Below, one piece after another: positions 1 through 8,655 of a stretch of DNA of 64,000 nucleotides. Under the pieces are notes generated by a model. The model was not told where the DNA came from and made no database searches. It worked only from the letters and a program-made list of their open reading frames with translations. Both the position numbers and the translations under genes were made by a program. The stretch's first letter is position 1, and each line of letters begins with the position of its first letter. Origin of the DNA: Thermoanaerobaculia bacterium (GTDB lineage Bacteria > Acidobacteriota > Thermoanaerobaculia > Multivoradales > Multivoraceae); assembly GCA_022826745.1 (NCBI GenBank), contig JAJDUI010000006.1:71015-135014 (forward strand). Direction: 5' to 3'.

Positions 1-1
1 C

Positions 2-280
2 GATTCACGGTGGGTCGAGATTCACACGGAGATGAGGGGTGTGCTACGGCCTTACCGATGGGTTCAGCCGACGCCCTCACCTTTCTTTGTAGTCGGTACG
101 GATGGCATGAACGATCGTCAAGTCATCTACCGCGGCTTGATGGCGATCGCGCAGTCGGTGCCGGAGGAGGTTGTCTTCTTGGTTACCCCCACGATGCGTT
201 CGATAGGAATCGACGGTAGCTACCTAGGTTTCCTCAATCAGGAGTTATGGGACAGGATAAACGAGATAGCTGCGGGATGA
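2..280 (+). CDS. Hypothetical protein, 5'-partial: the reading frame is open to the window start and the track ORF 32..280 begins at an internal GTG. It lies in a roughly 55% GC segment that contrasts with about 70% elsewhere.
   Basis: The frame is open from nt 2 with no upstream stop. The translated sequence (e.g. VIYRGLMAIAQSVPEEVVFLVTPTMRSIGIDGSYLGFLNQELWDRINEIAAG) looks like real protein rather than GC-frame artefact. Its stop overlaps the next ATG in an ATGA arrangement. Confidence 0.3.
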   Translation, partial: DSRWVEIHTEMRGVLRPYRWVQPTPSPFFVVGTDGMNDRQVIYRGLMAIAQSVPEEVVFLVTPTMRSIGIDGSYLGFLNQELWDRINEIAAG

Positions 281-681
281 CGACGCCGCCCGCAGAGCGC
301 CCCGACGGGGGAGTCGATGAGGACAGGCCGACTCCGAATCCTCTGGGTGAATCTCCGAGCATTCTCGTTACTATGCCTCAGGCCATCGAGGTCCAGTTGG
401 TAGATGCGAGCGTTCTTCGAGACTACGAAGTGTGGATTTTGGTAACGACGGTGTTCCTCAGTGCTGCCGTCGGCTCCTTTGTCGCTTGGGCCGGAGACGT
501 AAGCCAAGGGCACCTTGGCGTCGTCGGAGGTGTCTTTTTGGTGGCAGCAGGCGCAACGGGGGCTATGGTGGTGACCAAGAGAAAAGTGCTGAGCCGAAGG
601 AAGCAGGTCGTAAGGTATCCTGCGAATGCTGCGGTTGTAGACCCTGCATTAGACGGAGATCGGAGTGAGGGGAAAAGGTGA
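277..681 (+). CDS. Small hypothetical membrane protein with two predicted TM helices; the track start is 247 and an alternative ATG sits at about 277.
   Basis: Hydrophobic segments WILVTTVFLSAAVGSFVAW and GVVGGVFLVAAGATGAMVV are present. The ATG overlaps the stop of the preceding ORF (ATGA), suggesting translational coupling. Both genes lie in the low-GC segment. Confidence 0.3.
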   Translation: MTTPPAERPDGGVDEDRPTPNPLGESPSILVTMPQAIEVQLVDASVLRDYEVWILVTTVFLSAAVGSFVAWAGDVSQGHLGVVGGVFLVAAGATGAMVVTKRKVLSRRKQVVRYPANAAVVDPALDGDRSEGKR

Positions 682-970
682 GGTCGGCTTACGAGGCACA
701 GGGTGGATGAGTAGCGAGAGATTGACCAGGGCCGCGAGGAAGAGAAGAGAGCGTTAGGTAGGGCCGATCGCCGCGTGGCGGCGCTTTGCGGCGGCTTTGG
801 TGTGGCCGTAAGGTAGCGCGATCGTCGGGGGGCGCGTTGAGAGGTGAGAGGGTACTGGGAGAGCCGACCTGAGGTGGGGTGTGCTGGGCGGTTGGTCGTG
901 GGCGGGGCGAGCTGCAGGGTAGCGGCTCTGCGGTCGAAGGAAGGTGACGGCCTCCGGGAATAGTGGAGGG
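682..970 (+). other. Purine-rich, G-run-rich non-coding tract on the + strand, in a convergent intergenic region.
   Basis: G and A strongly dominate the + strand. There are multiple GGG/GGGG runs, e.g. ggtggggtgtgctgggcggttggtcgtgggcggggcgagctgcagggtagcgg. No plausible ORF is present. Confidence 0.3.
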
Positions 971-2059
971 CTACGCGGCCTTCGCGATCTTCCGCCGCAA
1001 CCAGTCGATCAGCACCCGGTTCGTCTCTTCGGGCTTCTCCTGCTGCGTCCAGTGGCCGCAGTCGGCGACCGTGTACTTCTCGAGATCGTCGATGAAGTCC
1101 TCCATGCCGTCTGCGGAGGAGGGGCGCAGGATGACGTCGTTGTCGGCGCCGATGTAGAGGCAGGGCACGTCGATCTCCCACTTCGCGTTCTCGATCCCCG
1201 GGAACGGCCGGCCCGCCATGCGGTACCAGTTCAGGCCGCCGGTGAAGCCGGTGATCTCGAAGGTCTCGGTGAAGTAGTCGAGCGCCTCCTCCGACAGGAA
1301 CACCTCGCCTGGGAAGTCGTCGCGGTCCAGCATCCGGAGCAGGTCCATCTGCCGTTCGGGCGAGTCTTCCGGCATCGCCTTGAACGCCTCGACGTCCCAG
1401 ATGTAGCCGCGGCGCAGCATCATCTGGAAGGTCTTGCGCACGTCGGCGGAGAGCGCCTTCTCGGCCCGGCCGGGCTCCTGGAACTGGACCGTGTAGTAGT
1501 TCGCCGACCGGACGATCAGCGGTTCCTCGGTCGGCTGCGGGCGCGGCATGCCGGGAGGCCGCCCGCCCGGCGTGTTCACGCCGACGATGCCGAGACAGCG
1601 GTCCGGGTGGAGCCGCGCCATCATCCAGACGACCCCGCCGCCCCAGTCATGGCCGACGAAGACGGCCTTCTCGATCTCGAGCGCGTCGAGCGTGCCGGCC
1701 ATGTCGTCGCAGAGGTGCCTCAGGCTGTACTCCTGCACGTCCTCCGGCCGGTCCGTGAGGCCGTAGCCGCGCTGGTCGGGCGCAATTGCGCGGAATCCGG
1801 CGTCGGCCAGGGCCGGAAGCTGGAAGCGCCAGGAGAAGGCGAGTTCGGGAAAGCCGTGACAGAGCACGACGGGGACGCCCGAGCCCTGCTCGTAAACGGC
1901 CATGCGGATCCCGTTCGTCTGCAGGTAGCGGGGTGCCGGCATGCCGGGCGCGGGGCGGACTTCGGCGCCCAGAGCGACACGGGGCAAGGTCAGCGCGCCA
2001 GCCGCGGCGGTCGTAGCCTGCAGGAAGCTGCGGCGGGTAAGAGCGGGAAGACGGATCAT
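971..2059 (-). CDS. Alpha/beta-hydrolase fold protein of the epoxide-hydrolase/haloalkane-dehalogenase-like family with a Tat signal peptide.
   Basis: The N-terminus MIRLPALTRRSFLQATTAAAGALTLP carries a twin-arginine motif. The HGFPELAFSWRFQ and VGHDWGG motifs are typical of epoxide-hydrolase-like alpha/beta hydrolases. The start was trimmed from track ORF 971..2704 to the ATG at 2059. Confidence 0.85.
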   Translation of the reverse strand: MIRLPALTRRSFLQATTAAAGALTLPRVALGAEVRPAPGMPAPRYLQTNGIRMAVYEQGSGVPVVLCHGFPELAFSWRFQLPALADAGFRAIAPDQRGYGLTDRPEDVQEYSLRHLCDDMAGTLDALEIEKAVFVGHDWGGGVVWMMARLHPDRCLGIVGVNTPGGRPPGMPRPQPTEEPLIVRSANYYTVQFQEPGRAEKALSADVRKTFQMMLRRGYIWDVEAFKAMPEDSPERQMDLLRMLDRDDFPGEVFLSEEALDYFTETFEITGFTGGLNWYRMAGRPFPGIENAKWEIDVPCLYIGADNDVILRPSSADGMEDFIDDLEKYTVADCGHWTQQEKPEETNRVLIDWLRRKIAKAA

Positions 2060-2142
2060 CGAGGCCTCCGGAATAGGGAACGGGTGAGGTGTGTTTTCGG
2101 CGGCGCGGCCGGAGTATCTCAGGCCGCCCTGAGGAACACGGG

Positions 2143-2148
2143 TACAAT
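2143..2148 (+). promoter_or_regulatory. -10-like hexamer TACAAT about 7 nt upstream of the ATG of the small Cys-rich gene, suggesting a possible leaderless transcript.
   Basis: The sequence ggtacaatagtcgcaATG places the hexamer immediately before the start codon, with no Shine-Dalgarno sequence in between. Confidence 0.15.
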
Positions 2149-2155
2149 AGTCGCA

Positions 2156-2521
2156 ATGCGCTCCACCTCTCGGCTTCTGGGTTCGTTCCTGGCGCTTGCC
2201 GTTCTGGCATCGCCGGTCGCGGGCATGTGCGCCGCGCTTGCCGCGCCCGAGGACCCCTGCGCCATGGAGACGGCGCACGATGCGGTCTCGTGTGGCCACG
2301 CGGAGATGGTGATGACCGGCTGCTGCAGCGCCGACTCCGTCGATTCCACGGCGGCCGGGATCCTCCCCGGGCCCGGTGGCGACATCGACCCGCCCGGGCT
2401 CGCCGGGAGCCCGTTCGCAGTGCAAGCCAGTGACGGCCTGGAGGCCGCGGTCCTCGCCTGCGACGGAGACCCGCCGCCCGCTGTCCCGCGCTACAGGCTG
2501 TTTTCGGCCCTGTTGCTCTGA
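2156..2521 (+). CDS. Small secreted Cys/His/Met-rich protein (121 aa), a putative periplasmic metal-binding protein or chaperone encoded just upstream of the heavy-metal RND operon. It is not called as a separate ORF in the track because it is embedded in the spurious ORF 944..2521.
   Basis: An in-frame ATG at 2156 is followed by the signal peptide MRSTSRLLGSFLALAVLASPVAG. The mature part CAALAAPEDPCAMETAHDAVSCGHAEMVMTGCCSADSVDS is rich in Cys, His and Met ligands. It ends 78 nt before the outer-membrane-factor gene on the same strand. Confidence 0.45.
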   Translation: MRSTSRLLGSFLALAVLASPVAGMCAALAAPEDPCAMETAHDAVSCGHAEMVMTGCCSADSVDSTAAGILPGPGGDIDPPGLAGSPFAVQASDGLEAAVLACDGDPPPAVPRYRLFSALLL

Positions 2522-2598
2522 TCCTCCGCTGAAGCGAGTCGCAGCGGTCGCCCCGCAAGCGGGCGGCCGCGGGAAGTACGTTTCTGCGGAGGAATCAG

Positions 2599-3981
2599 AT
2601 GGTTCGACATACGCCTTGCCTGCTTGCCGCCGTCCTGGTGACGGTCGCCTGGGCGGGAACATCGATGGCCGAGACGGGCCAACCGGACGCGGTGGGCGCG
2701 GCACCGGCTCGGACGCCGGCCGACCGCGTCGCCCAGGGCATCGCGGACGACGCGCTGCGCGCGCTCGCCCTTGAGGCGCTGGCGCGGAATCCGGGTCTTC
2801 GGGCCGGCCTTGCCCGCGTGCGGGCCGCCGCGCAGAAAGCGCCGCAGGTCGCCTCCCTGCCCGATCCGACGGCCGAGGCGACCGCCTTTCTCGCCCCGCC
2901 GGAAACGCGGGTCGGGCCGCAGCGGCTCATGCTCGGTTACAGCCAGCCGCTGCCCTGGCTGCCCAAGCTCGACTTGCGGGAAGAAGCGGCGGTTCACGCG
3001 ACCGCCGTCCTGGAGCACGGAGTCCAGGCGGACCGGCTGCGGCTCGTCACGGAGGTCAGGCGGCTCTACCACGAACTGGCGTTCCTCGACCGTTCGCGGG
3101 AGACGGCCGCCACCTTCCTCGAGCATCTGATCCAGCACGAGGAAGTCGCCCAGGCCAGGTACGCGACCGGCGTCGGATCGACCCAGGCCGTGCTCAAGCT
3201 GCAGGCCGAGATCACAGGGGCCGAACGGGCGCTCGTCGACCTGGAACTCGCTGAAGCCGCGCTGCGCGCACGGCTCAATTCGCTGCGGGACCGTCCGGCC
3301 GCCACGGCCGTCTCGAGAGGTTCCCTGCCGGTGGCGATCGAGGAAGCTCAGCTTATGGCCGGCGGCCTCGTGGCCGTCGCGCGATCGTCGCGGCCGGAGC
3401 TGCGCGCGGCGGAGGCTGGACTCGCCCGGGCCGAGACGCTGGAGGGCCTGGCCCGGATGGCCGACAAGCCGGACTTCAACGTCGGCGTCACCTACACGCT
3501 GGTGACCCCGCGCGACGACGAAGCCGCCCGCCTGCTGGCCCCAGCCGGCAACGGCAACGACGTGTTCGGCGTACGCGGCGGCGTCACCCTGCCGCTGCGC
3601 CGGCGCAGCCGGGCGGCGGCGGTGCAGGAGGCGCTTGAGCTGCGCTCCCATGCGGTCGATGAGCGGAGCGGCGCCGAACTCGCGATCGAGAGTGAGGTGG
3701 GCGACCTGACCCAGCGCCTGCCGCTGGCCTGGAGGCGGCTGCGGCTGCTGGAGGACCTGCTCGTCGTGCAGGCGGAGGAGGCGCTGGAGTCGGCGGAGGC
3801 GGGCTACATCGCCGGCTCGCTCAACACGCTCGACCTGTTCGACGCCGAGCACGTCCTGTTCGAGGCGCAGACGGCGACGGACCGGGCGAGGGCGGACTAC
3901 CTGATCGGTCTCGCGGAGCTCGAAGGGGCGGTCGGCAGACCGTTGGTCGTACTCACGGAAAGGGGAGGAGAGGAACGATGA
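2599..3981 (+). CDS. Outer-membrane efflux protein (TolC/CzcC-family outer-membrane factor) of an HME-RND heavy-metal efflux system.
   Basis: A signal peptide is present and the sequence resembles OEP-family outer-membrane factors. Its stop overlaps the start of the membrane-fusion-protein gene. Confidence 0.85.
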   Translation: MVRHTPCLLAAVLVTVAWAGTSMAETGQPDAVGAAPARTPADRVAQGIADDALRALALEALARNPGLRAGLARVRAAAQKAPQVASLPDPTAEATAFLAPPETRVGPQRLMLGYSQPLPWLPKLDLREEAAVHATAVLEHGVQADRLRLVTEVRRLYHELAFLDRSRETAATFLEHLIQHEEVAQARYATGVGSTQAVLKLQAEITGAERALVDLELAEAALRARLNSLRDRPAATAVSRGSLPVAIEEAQLMAGGLVAVARSSRPELRAAEAGLARAETLEGLARMADKPDFNVGVTYTLVTPRDDEAARLLAPAGNGNDVFGVRGGVTLPLRRRSRAAAVQEALELRSHAVDERSGAELAIESEVGDLTQRLPLAWRRLRLLEDLLVVQAEEALESAEAGYIAGSLNTLDLFDAEHVLFEAQTATDRARADYLIGLAELEGAVGRPLVVLTERGGEER

Positions 3982-5516
3982 CGGACAATGCGAACGGATT
4001 GGGCGGGCGGCTTCGGTCCTGGCTGCGCGGTGTTGCCTGGGTTGCCGGAAGCTTCGCCGCCTTCTTCCTCCTGTTCTTCGATCCCCTGGACCTGCACCCG
4101 GCCGACTCCTGGCTGCAGCGCACCGTCGGCTACCACGCGGGGCCGGTGACTGCAGCCGGCGGGGACGGGGAGGCTGCGTCCGCGGCCGGCGAACGGGAGA
4201 TCGTCTTCTACCGGAATCCGATGGATCCGACGATCACCTCGCCCGTGCCGGCAAAGGACGAGATGGGCATGGACTACGTGCCTGTCTACGCAGACGAGGC
4301 GGAGCGGGCTCTCGGCGCGGGCACGACGGTCGCGATCGACCCGGCCGTGGTCCAGAACATGAACGTGCGCACGGAGACGGTGACCCGTCGCGACCTGCGC
4401 CACGAAATCCGGACGGTCGGCTACCTGGAGTACGACCAGGAACGGATGGTCACCGTCACGACGAAGTACGACGGTTGGGTGGAGAAGGTCTACGTGAACT
4501 ACGTGGGCGAGCCGGTGGCCGAGGGCGCCGGCCTGTTCGAGGTCTACTCCCCCGAACTGGTCCAGACCGAGCAGGAACTCCTGTCGGCGATGCGCTACGC
4601 CGCCCGCTTCCGCGACGCACCGGACGATGCACGGCTGCGGGCCGAGGCTCTGGTCGACGCCGCGAGGGCCCGCCTCGCGTTCTGGGACATCTCTCCGGCC
4701 CAGATCGCGCGCCTCGAGGAGACGGGCGAGATCTTCCGTACCCTGACCGTCACCGCGCCGGCCGGCGGCCTGGTCATGAAGCGGATGCCGGGCCTGGAAG
4801 GCATGGCCGTGACGCCGGGCATGGAGGCGTACCACATCGCCGACATCACCTCGCTGTGGCTCTCGGTCGAGGTGTTCGAGGACCAGGTGGTCTGGATCCG
4901 CCCCGGCGCCGAAGCGGAAGTGACCTTCACGTACTTCCCCGGCGAGACGATCCGCGGCACCGTCGAGTTCATCGAACCGGAGCTGTCTGAGCAGACCCGG
5001 ACGCTGACGGTCAAGATCGCGGTGCCGAACCCGGACGGCCGGCTGCGCAAGGGGATGTTCGCCACCGTCGTCTTCGATCCGGTGCTCGTGCGGGACGCGG
5101 TTACGGTGCCGACAGAGGCGGTGCTGCGGACCGGCCGCCGCAGCGTCGTCATCCTGGCGCTGGGAGACGGACGCTTCGAGCCGCGGGAAGTCGAACTGGG
5201 TCAGGCGCAGGGAGGGCTCGTGGAAGTGCACTCGGGCCTTGCCGCCGGCGACCGGATCGTGACCTCGTCCCAGTTCCTGCTGGACTCGGAGTCCAAGCTG
5301 CGGGCGGCGGTGCAGACGATGCTGAGCGGAGCGGCGGCGCCGGCGGGAGCTCACGAAGGCCACGACATGGGCGAGATGGACCACGGGATGGACCACGACA
5401 TGGGTCACGAGGGTCACGCCGCGGCCGAGCCCGACGAGGGGGACGGGGATCCCGACGAGGCGGCCGATCCTCACCACGGCCACCACAACCACGGCCACGA
5501 AAACCACGGAGCCTGA
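3978..5516 (+). CDS. Efflux RND periplasmic adaptor (CusB/CzcB-family membrane-fusion protein) with an N-terminal degenerate heavy-metal-binding-like motif and a C-terminal His/Asp/Met-rich tail.
   Basis: It has an N-terminal TM anchor and a HlyD-like body. The C-terminus HEGHDMGEMDHGMDHDMGHEGH...HHGHHNHGHENHGA is His-rich. The N-terminal FYRNPMDPTITSPVPAKDEMGMDYVP resembles a Y-x-C-P-M-H-P...C-P-x-C-G-M metal-binding domain in which Cys/His are replaced by Asn/Asp/Glu. Confidence 0.85.
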   Translation: MTDNANGLGGRLRSWLRGVAWVAGSFAAFFLLFFDPLDLHPADSWLQRTVGYHAGPVTAAGGDGEAASAAGEREIVFYRNPMDPTITSPVPAKDEMGMDYVPVYADEAERALGAGTTVAIDPAVVQNMNVRTETVTRRDLRHEIRTVGYLEYDQERMVTVTTKYDGWVEKVYVNYVGEPVAEGAGLFEVYSPELVQTEQELLSAMRYAARFRDAPDDARLRAEALVDAARARLAFWDISPAQIARLEETGEIFRTLTVTAPAGGLVMKRMPGLEGMAVTPGMEAYHIADITSLWLSVEVFEDQVVWIRPGAEAEVTFTYFPGETIRGTVEFIEPELSEQTRTLTVKIAVPNPDGRLRKGMFATVVFDPVLVRDAVTVPTEAVLRTGRRSVVILALGDGRFEPREVELGQAQGGLVEVHSGLAAGDRIVTSSQFLLDSESKLRAAVQTMLSGAAAPAGAHEGHDMGEMDHGMDHDMGHEGHAAAEPDEGDGDPDEAADPHHGHHNHGHENHGA

Positions 5517-5520
5517 GCCG

Positions 5521-8500
5521 GTGCTCGACCGGATCATCGAGTGGTCCCTGCGCAACCAGTTGCTGGTCGCGGCGGGCCTGGTGGTGGCGGTCGCCGCCGG
5601 CGTGTGGTCGGTGCGGACGACCCGGATCGACGCGATACCCGACCTCTCCGATGTCCAGGTCATCCTCTACACGGAGTTCTCGGGCCAGTCGCCCCAGGTC
5701 GTCGAGGACCAGGTGACCTACCCGATCACCTCGACGATGCTCTCGGTGCCGTACGCGAAGGTCGTCCGCGGCTACTCGTTCTTCGGCTTCTCCTTCGTCT
5801 ACGTCATCTTCGAGGACGGCACGGACCTGTACTGGGCGCGCTCCCGGGTGCTCGAGTCGGTGGCGGGGCTCCAGGGCATGTTGCCGGAAGGCGTGTCGCC
5901 GCAGCTCGGGCCGGACGCCACGGGCGTGGGCTGGGCCTTCATGTACGTGCTGAACTCGGATTCCAGGTCCCTGGCGGATCTCCGCTCGCTCCAGGACTGG
6001 TACCTGAAGTACGGCCTGCTGGCGGTCGACGGCGTCTCGGAAGTCGCCTCGATCGGCGGCTTCGTGCGCCAGTACCAGGTCGAGGTGGACCCGGTCCGGC
6101 TCCGCGCCTACGGGCTGTCCCTGCCGGTCGTGCGGCGGGCGATCCAGGAGTCGAACGCCGATGTCGGCGGCCGCTTGATCGAGGTCGCCGAGCGCGAGTA
6201 CATGGTGCGCGGGCGGGGCTACGTGCAGGAGCTGCGGGACCTGGAGATGATCGTCCTCGCGTCAGGCCCCGGCGGGGTACCGGTGCTGCTCCGGGACGTC
6301 GCGAACGTGACGATCGGGCCCGAGATCCGTCGCGGCCTCGCTGACTGGAACGGCGAGGGCGAGACGGTCGGCGGCATCGTCGTCGTCCGCTCGGGCGCGG
6401 ACACCCGAGCGACGATCGAGCGGGTCAAGGAACGTCTGGCCGAACTGTCCGCCGGGATGCCGGACGACGTCGAAGTCTCGGTCGCCTACGACCGCAGCGG
6501 ACTGATCGAACGCTCGATCGCCACGCTGACCGACACGCTGATCGAGGAGTCGATCGTCGTCGCGGTGATCTGCCTCGTCTTTCTGTGCCACTTCCGCTCG
6601 GCGCTGGTGCCGATCCTGGCGATCCCGGTTTCGGTTCTGCTCGCGTTCGTCGTGATGCGGGCCCAGGGACTCGGTTCGAACATCATGTCGCTGGGCGGGA
6701 TCGCGATCTCGATCGGCGTGCTCGTCGACGCCGCGATCGTGATGGTCGAGAACGTGCACCGGCACTACCACGCGCACGACAAGAAGCAGTCTCGCGTCGA
6801 GGTCGTGCTGTGCGCCGCGCAGGAAGTCGGCCCGACGCTGTTCTTCAGCCTGCTGGTGGTTACGGTGTCCTTCCTGCCGGTCTTCACGCTGGAGGCCCAG
6901 GAGGGGAGGCTGTTCAAGCCGCTGGCGCTGACCAAGACGTACTCCATGGCGATGGCGGCGGTGGTGGCGGTGACCGTCGTGCCGGTGCTGATGTCCTGGC
7001 TCGTTCGCGGCCGCATCCTCTCCGAGGAGCGGAATCCGCTGACCCGGTTCCTGCGCTTCGTCTACCGCCCCCTGGTGGCGGGCGCCGTTCGGCTGCGCTG
7101 GCTCGTCATCGTCCTGGTGGTCGCCGTGCTGGGCTCGAGCCTCGTGCCGCTCAAGCGGATCGGCTCGGAGTTCATGCCGCCGCTGTGGGAGGGCGATCTG
7201 CTCTACATGCCGACGACGCTGCCGGGCGTGTCGATCGGGAAAGCGCGGGAGATTGTCCAGCAGACGGACAGGATCATCCGCAGCTTCCCGGAAGTCGAGT
7301 CCGTGTTCGGCAAGGTCGGCCGCGCGGAGACGGCGACGGATCCGGCGCCCCTGTCGATGCTCGAGACGACGATCGTGCTGAAGGACCAGGACGAGTGGCG
7401 TCCCGGTCTGACCCCGGACGGCCTGATCGCGGAACTGGACGGTGCGCTGCAGTTCCCCGGCGTCACGAACTCCTGGACGATGCCGATCAAGACGCGGATC
7501 GACATGCTGTCCACCGGGATCAAGACTCCTGTCGGGATCAAGCTTGGGGGTCCGGATCTGGAGACGCTGGAGCGCTTGGCGGAGCAGGTCGAAGCGGTCG
7601 TCAGGCCGCTGCCCGGGACGCTGTCGGCCTACGCCGAGCGGGTCATGGGCGGCGCATACCTCGACTTCGACATCGATCGGGAGGCGGCGGCGCGCTTCGG
7701 CCTGCGGATCGCTGACATCCAGGACACGATCCAGTCGGCGGTCGGCGGCATGAACGTGTCCTGGACCGTCGAAGGACTGGAGCGCTACCCGATCAACCTG
7801 CGCTATCCGCGGGAGTTGCGGGACGACCCGGCGGCTCTGGAGCAGATTCTGGTGACGGCGCCGGACGGCGCCCAGGTGCCCCTCGGACAGGTCGCGGCGA
7901 TCGAGTTCCGGGACGGTCCGCCGGGCATCAAGTCCGAAGGCGCGAGGCCGAACGCCTGGGTGTACGTGGATCTGGAAAGCAGCGACATCGGCGGCTGGAT
8001 CCGGCGCGCCCGCGAGGAGGTCGCCGACAAGGTGGCGCTGCCCCCGGGCTACACGCTCCTCTGGTCGGGGCAGTACGAGTACATGGAGCGGGCGCGCGAC
8101 CGTTTCCTGCTCATCGTGCCGCTCACCTTCGTGCTGACCTTCGCGTTGCTGTACCTGAGCACGCGCTCGGTGATCAAGACGGCCTTCATCGTGTCGGCCG
8201 TGCCGTTCTCGCTCGTCGGCTCGGTCTGGCTGCTCGATCAGCTCAACTACAACTGGTCGGTCGCGGTGTGGGTCGGGATGATCGCCCTGGCGGGGCTTGC
8301 CGCCGAGACCGGAGCGGTGATGCTCCTCTATCTCGATCTGGTCTACGACGACCGCAAGAGCGCTGGGACGATGAAGTCCCTGCGCGATCTCCGTGAGTCC
8401 GTGACGGAGGCCGCCGTCCGGCGGGTGCGCCCGATCACGATGACCGTGCTGACCACCTTCGTCGCCCTGGTGCCGATCCTGTGGTCGACCGGCACCGGCG

Positions 8501-8655
8501 CCGACGTGATGAAGCGGATCGCGGCGCCCATGGTCGGCGGCCTCGTGACGGTCTTCCTCGGGGTTCTGTTCGTGTTCCCGGCGATGTACTTCGTCTGGAG
8601 GTCGTTCGGTCTGGCTCAGACGGGATCGACCAGGGACGAGTCGTCGTTGCGGTAG
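5521..8655 (+). CDS. CusA/CzcA-family heavy-metal efflux RND transporter (HME-RND inner-membrane pump).
   Basis: The 1044-aa protein has an N-terminus, IEWSLRNQLLV...AIPDLSDVQVILYTEFSGQSPQVVEDQVTYPITSTMLSVP...YVIFEDGTDLYWARSRVLE, that is near-canonical for CusA/CzcA. Confidence 0.9.
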   Translation: MLDRIIEWSLRNQLLVAAGLVVAVAAGVWSVRTTRIDAIPDLSDVQVILYTEFSGQSPQVVEDQVTYPITSTMLSVPYAKVVRGYSFFGFSFVYVIFEDGTDLYWARSRVLESVAGLQGMLPEGVSPQLGPDATGVGWAFMYVLNSDSRSLADLRSLQDWYLKYGLLAVDGVSEVASIGGFVRQYQVEVDPVRLRAYGLSLPVVRRAIQESNADVGGRLIEVAEREYMVRGRGYVQELRDLEMIVLASGPGGVPVLLRDVANVTIGPEIRRGLADWNGEGETVGGIVVVRSGADTRATIERVKERLAELSAGMPDDVEVSVAYDRSGLIERSIATLTDTLIEESIVVAVICLVFLCHFRSALVPILAIPVSVLLAFVVMRAQGLGSNIMSLGGIAISIGVLVDAAIVMVENVHRHYHAHDKKQSRVEVVLCAAQEVGPTLFFSLLVVTVSFLPVFTLEAQEGRLFKPLALTKTYSMAMAAVVAVTVVPVLMSWLVRGRILSEERNPLTRFLRFVYRPLVAGAVRLRWLVIVLVVAVLGSSLVPLKRIGSEFMPPLWEGDLLYMPTTLPGVSIGKAREIVQQTDRIIRSFPEVESVFGKVGRAETATDPAPLSMLETTIVLKDQDEWRPGLTPDGLIAELDGALQFPGVTNSWTMPIKTRIDMLSTGIKTPVGIKLGGPDLETLERLAEQVEAVVRPLPGTLSAYAERVMGGAYLDFDIDREAAARFGLRIADIQDTIQSAVGGMNVSWTVEGLERYPINLRYPRELRDDPAALEQILVTAPDGAQVPLGQVAAIEFRDGPPGIKSEGARPNAWVYVDLESSDIGGWIRRAREEVADKVALPPGYTLLWSGQYEYMERARDRFLLIVPLTFVLTFALLYLSTRSVIKTAFIVSAVPFSLVGSVWLLDQLNYNWSVAVWVGMIALAGLAAETGAVMLLYLDLVYDDRKSAGTMKSLRDLRESVTEAAVRRVRPITMTVLTTFVALVPILWSTGTGADVMKRIAAPMVGGLVTVFLGVLFVFPAMYFVWRSFGLAQTGSTRDESSLR

